Shown: positions 60,326 through 64,000 of the stretch, in pieces
How the letters are laid out: the number at the start of each line of letters is the position of its first letter
How positions within the stretch are numbered: position 1 is the first letter of the stretch
Origin: an uncultured candidate division Zixibacteria bacterium
Lineage (GTDB): Bacteria > Zixibacteria > MSB-5A5 > GN15 > PGXB01
Assembly (NCBI GenBank): GCA_963702205.1
Contig: OY969724.1
Coordinates: forward strand, 576,001-640,000
DNA length: 64,000 nucleotides
Direction: 5' to 3'
The notes under the pieces: generated by a model
Databases searched by the model: none
What the model was told of the DNA's origin: nothing
The model's input: the letters and a program-made list of their open reading frames with translations, nothing else
Translations under genes and position numbers: made by a program

Positions 60326-63300
60326 CTACTCGCTTGAACCGCCGGCCGGGGATGCCGCCGCGGTTTCCATCACGGCTTGTTCTTCGTTTTTGCGCTGAGC
60401 TCCGTTTTTGGTATAGCGGGCCAGAAGCGTATATACGGTCGGCACCAGGACCAATGTGAGAAAAGTCGAGAAAATCATGCCGCCCACGACGGCGATACCC
60501 AGTGGTCGCCGGGATTCCGCCCCGGCCCCGATTCCGATCGCTATCGGAAGTACCCCGAATATGGTCGCGAATGACGTCATAAGAATCGGTCGCAGTCTCG
60601 TGCGTGAGGCCTCGATCACGGCGTCGAACAGGTCTTTGCCTCGCGCCCGAAGCTGATTGGCGAATTCGACTATAAGGATGGAGCTCTTGGTGACCAGCCC
60701 GACCAACATGATCAGGCCAATCTGGGAGTAGATGTTCATGGTTTGTCCTAAAACGAACAGCGATACCAGCGCTCCCACCAGTGCCAGCGGCACCGACAGG
60801 AGAATCGTAAACGGGTGTATGAAACTTTCGAACTGGGCCGCCAGAACCAGATAAATGAACAGCAGCGCGAACAGGAACAGATAGTACAGAGAGCTGCTCG
60901 ATTCGCGGTATTCCTGCGACATGCCCGAAAGTTCGTGCGTGATGCCCGAAGGCAGTTGGTCGTTGGCGATTTTATCGAGGTCGGTCAGTGCCTGTCCGAT
61001 ACTCACACCCGGAGCCAGCGAAGCCGAGATGGTCGCCGAGCGCACGCGGTTGAAGTGGTTCAACTCTTTCGGTGCGACGGTTTCGTGCACGTCGACGACG
61101 TTGGCCAGTTGCACGAGGCCGCCGGTGCCGCGGACATAGATATCGTTAATGGTCGACGGCGTCGACCGGTCGCGCGGCCGCATCTGGGTGATGACGTCGT
61201 ATTGTTTGGCGCCGCGTTTGAAATTGGACACGACCCGACCGCCCAGCATGGTTTCGATGGTCGAACCTATTTCCGAAACCGTAATGCCGATTTGTGCGGC
61301 CCGAACGCGGTCTATGGTCAGGTCGAGTTGTGGCTTATTTAATTTGAGGTCGGTATCGAGGTTGACGAGATATCCCAGTTTCTTGGCCCCGGCCATCATG
61401 ATGCCGACGGCCTTTTGAAGTTCTTCATAGGAACTTGCCTGAAGGACGTACTGGACCGGGTTGGAAAAGCCCTGGCCCAGACTCGGCGGGTTTATTACGA
61501 AAGCCATGACGCCGGGAATCGATATGAGCGGGAAAAACAGCGATTGTACTATCTCCTGCTGTGATCTCTTGCGTTCGCTTTGCGGTTTCAAACGCATAAA
61601 GACGAAACCGTTGGTGACACGCCCCGGACCACCGAATCCGAGACCGGTCGCGGTGAACAGGCCTTCGCATTCCGGCACCGACAGCAGGATGTGTTCAATC
61701 TGCCGCATGTAGCGGTCGGTGTAAGCCAAAGTCGATCCCTCGGGGGCGGTCACGATGCCGAAGCCGAGACCTCTGTCTTCGGTCGGCACCAGTTCGCTGG
61801 GGATTACTTTAAGCAGCCCGAGGCTTATCACGACGATCAGCGCCGAGCCGGCCACGACCAGCCAGCGTTTTTTCAATGTGACGCGGAGGATTTTTTCGTA
61901 AGTGCGGTCCATCCAGTCGAAAAAGGCATCGAACGAGCGGTTGGCCCAGCTTTTACTTTCACCGTGAAGTGGCCGCAATATCAGTGAACAGAGCATCGGC
62001 GTTAGAGTCAGAGCGACAAAACCCGAAATCAACACCGCTACTGCGACCGAAATGCCGAATTCCCTAAACAGCCGGCCGACGTCGCCGGTCAGAAACGATA
62101 ATGGCACAAATACCGCCACGAGTGAAATGGTCGTGGCCAGAATGGCGAAACCGATTTCGCTGGCACCGTCCATGGCTGCCCGGAACCGGGTTTTACCCAT
62201 CTGCAGGTGACGATAGACGTTTTCGAGCATAACTATAGCGTCGTCGACAACCAGCCCGATAGCCAGCACAAGGGCTAACAACGTCAGAATATTGATCGTG
62301 TATCCGGCGACGTACACGATGACAAAAGTACCGATAATAGACGTCGGAATCGCGAAAGTCGGAATGATCGTGGCCCGGAAGCTCTTGAGGAAGAGCAAAA
62401 TAACCAGGACCACCAGAATCACCGCGATGATAATAGTGTTGCGAACTTCGGTAATGGAATCTTTGATAAATATCGCCGAGTTATAGGCTATATCAAGCTT
62501 GGCGCCCGGAGGCAGAATCTTGCGCAGGTCCGGAAGCGCATTCTCGACGGCATTGGCCACGTCGATAGTACTGGCCTCGGATTGCTTGATAATACCGAGA
62601 CCGAGCGCTTCTTTGCCGTTCCACCGCACGGCCGTACGATCGTCTTCGGCGCCGAGTTCGACAGTGGCGACGTCACCCAGCCGGACAATTTCACCGCCGC
62701 TTTCTTTTACTATCAGGGCCGAGAATTCCTCGGGAGTATCGACCTCACCCCGGGTCCGCACCGAAAACTCACGACCGGTGCCTTCGATTCGCCCGCCCGG
62801 AATTTCCGCGTTTTCGCGGGTGATGGCCGATTCGACGTCGGTCGTGGTCAGACCATGGGCCGCCATCCGCTGGGGATCGAGCCATACTCTCATGGCGAAT
62901 TTGCGCTGGCCGCCGAGGAACACGGACGCGATGCCCGGCAGGCGCAACAACCGCTGCTTGAGGACGCGATCGCCGAAATCGGAAAGCTCGAGGTTGGAAT
63001 AGCCGCCGCCATAAAGGGCCATCCAGATAATCGGCTGGGCGTTGACGTCCACTTTCTGTATGACCGGATCGTCGGCGTCGCGGGGCAGATTCCCCTGAAT
63101 CCGCGCGACCTTGGCGCGTACGTCGTTGGCGGCTTCATCGACATTCCGCCCGAGATTGAACTCCATTGTGATCGACGAGCCCTGCTCCTGGCTCGATGAC
63201 GTAATCGTCTTGACGCCTTCGATCGTTGCGAGCTCTTCTTCGAGGACGTCGGTTATTTCCGTCTCAACGATATTGGGGCTCGCACCGCGATAGAACGTAT

Positions 63301-63442
63301 TGATCGACACGATGGGCGGGTCGATGTCGGGATATTCACGAACCGGCAGCCGAGTGTATGAGACGATACCCAGAAGTATGATAATAAGGCTCATCACGGT
63401 TGCCAGAACCGGACGAGTTATCGATATTTGTGATATTTTCAT
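60326..63442 (-). CDS. AcrB/MdtB-type RND efflux permease
   Basis: RPVLATV, GLVVDDAIV and RLRPILMT; start set at MKISQ. Confidence 0.93.
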   Translation of the reverse strand: MKISQISITRPVLATVMSLIIILLGIVSYTRLPVREYPDIDPPIVSINTFYRGASPNIVETEITDVLEEELATIEGVKTITSSSQEQGSSITMEFNLGRNVDEAANDVRAKVARIQGNLPRDADDPVIQKVDVNAQPIIWMALYGGGYSNLELSDFGDRVLKQRLLRLPGIASVFLGGQRKFAMRVWLDPQRMAAHGLTTTDVESAITRENAEIPGGRIEGTGREFSVRTRGEVDTPEEFSALIVKESGGEIVRLGDVATVELGAEDDRTAVRWNGKEALGLGIIKQSEASTIDVANAVENALPDLRKILPPGAKLDIAYNSAIFIKDSITEVRNTIIIAVILVVLVILLFLKSFRATIIPTFAIPTSIIGTFVIVYVAGYTINILTLLALVLAIGLVVDDAIVMLENVYRHLQMGKTRFRAAMDGASEIGFAILATTISLVAVFVPLSFLTGDVGRLFREFGISVAVAVLISGFVALTLTPMLCSLILRPLHGESKSWANRSFDAFFDWMDRTYEKILRVTLKKRWLVVAGSALIVVISLGLLKVIPSELVPTEDRGLGFGIVTAPEGSTLAYTDRYMRQIEHILLSVPECEGLFTATGLGFGGPGRVTNGFVFMRLKPQSERKRSQQEIVQSLFFPLISIPGVMAFVINPPSLGQGFSNPVQYVLQASSYEELQKAVGIMMAGAKKLGYLVNLDTDLKLNKPQLDLTIDRVRAAQIGITVSEIGSTIETMLGGRVVSNFKRGAKQYDVITQMRPRDRSTPSTINDIYVRGTGGLVQLANVVDVHETVAPKELNHFNRVRSATISASLAPGVSIGQALTDLDKIANDQLPSGITHELSGMSQEYRESSSSLYYLFLFALLFIYLVLAAQFESFIHPFTILLSVPLALVGALVSLFVLGQTMNIYSQIGLIMLVGLVTKSSILIVEFANQLRARGKDLFDAVIEASRTRLRPILMTSFATIFGVLPIAIGIGAGAESRRPLGIAVVGGMIFSTFLTLVLVPTVYTLLARYTKNGAQRKNEEQAVMETAAASPAGGSSE

Positions 63443-63476
63443 TTGTTGTCTGCTCCTGTCATCGCGGTCAATTCGA

Positions 63477-64000
63477 TTAAGAAGATCCGCTCGAATCAGG
63501 TTTGGCTTCCGGCTGGCCTGGTGCACCCATGCCGCCCGGCGGAACCCTCATAATTTTCGCGCCATCGTACAGTTTCTGATGTCCGGCCTTCACGACTTCC
63601 TCGCCCGCCAATAGCCCCTGCGTCACTTCCACCGTCCCCGGCTGGCGCGTTCCCAGCGTAATGGCGGTACGCACGACCGAGCTGTCGGGTCTGACGACGT
63701 AAACGAAGGCCTGGTTGCCTTCGGAGAAGACCGCTTCATCAGGTATAGTAAGGGCATCGGGACGATTGCGCAGGACGGCCGAAACATTGGCCGACATACC
63801 GGGATGGAGTCGCCGGTCTTTGTTTTCGACCAGAGCGATCACGGTGACGCTTCGCGTGGTCTGATCAACCACGGGATCGACGACTTCGATTTTGCCGTCG
63901 AGCTCGTAGTCCGGATAAGCCGGTGACGAGATCGTGACGCCCGAGCCGCGCCTCAAAAATGAAAAGGTTCGCTCCGGGGCCGAGAAATTCACTCTAAGTT
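63477..64000 (-). CDS. RND membrane fusion protein, 3' part (runs off the window)
   Basis: DPVVDQTTR, LHPGM and GLLAGEEVV. Confidence 0.88.
   Translation of the reverse strand, partial: LRVNFSAPERTFSFLRRGSGVTISSPAYPDYELDGKIEVVDPVVDQTTRSVTVIALVENKDRRLHPGMSANVSAVLRNRPDALTIPDEAVFSEGNQAFVYVVRPDSSVVRTAITLGTRQPGTVEVTQGLLAGEEVVKAGHQKLYDGAKIMRVPPGGMGAPGQPEAKPDSSGSS

Noticed and set aside
63443..63526. Longer start for the RND permease
   Set aside because: It overlaps the MFP gene; an RBS (caggag) precedes ATG 63442.

Overview
Gene-dense, moderately GC-rich bacterial window. The expanded eukaryotic-like Ser/Thr kinases and FlgD-Ig lipoprotein suggest a diderm such as candidate phylum Zixibacteria; this is inference only. 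It is dominated by envelope, metal and redox-stress functions: a TetR-controlled TonB-dependent receptor, KtrAB, an ATPase-less Zn/Mn-type uptake operon led by a CxxC/RAPP leader peptide, PPi-type PFK, MacAB, an Rrf2-hemerythrin-qNOR nitric-oxide module, a sigma54 two-component system divergent from an extended CusCBA-like operon, two tandem Ser/Thr kinases (one clipped by an IS3), a TlpA-DUF4266-DUF3570-ApbE cluster, aconitase, an exported rubrerythrin with DUF2231, a type IIIA H+-ATPase and an RND pump. Two non-genic signals stand out. First, all four frameshifted genes have a +1 base next to GTAC, pointing to a modified GTAC motif causing base-calling errors. Second, a family of REP-like nested hairpins is packaged as inverted doublets inside IS1182-like terminal repeats (MITEs). 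No rRNA, tRNA or CRISPR array was seen. All family assignments are from motif recognition, not database searches.
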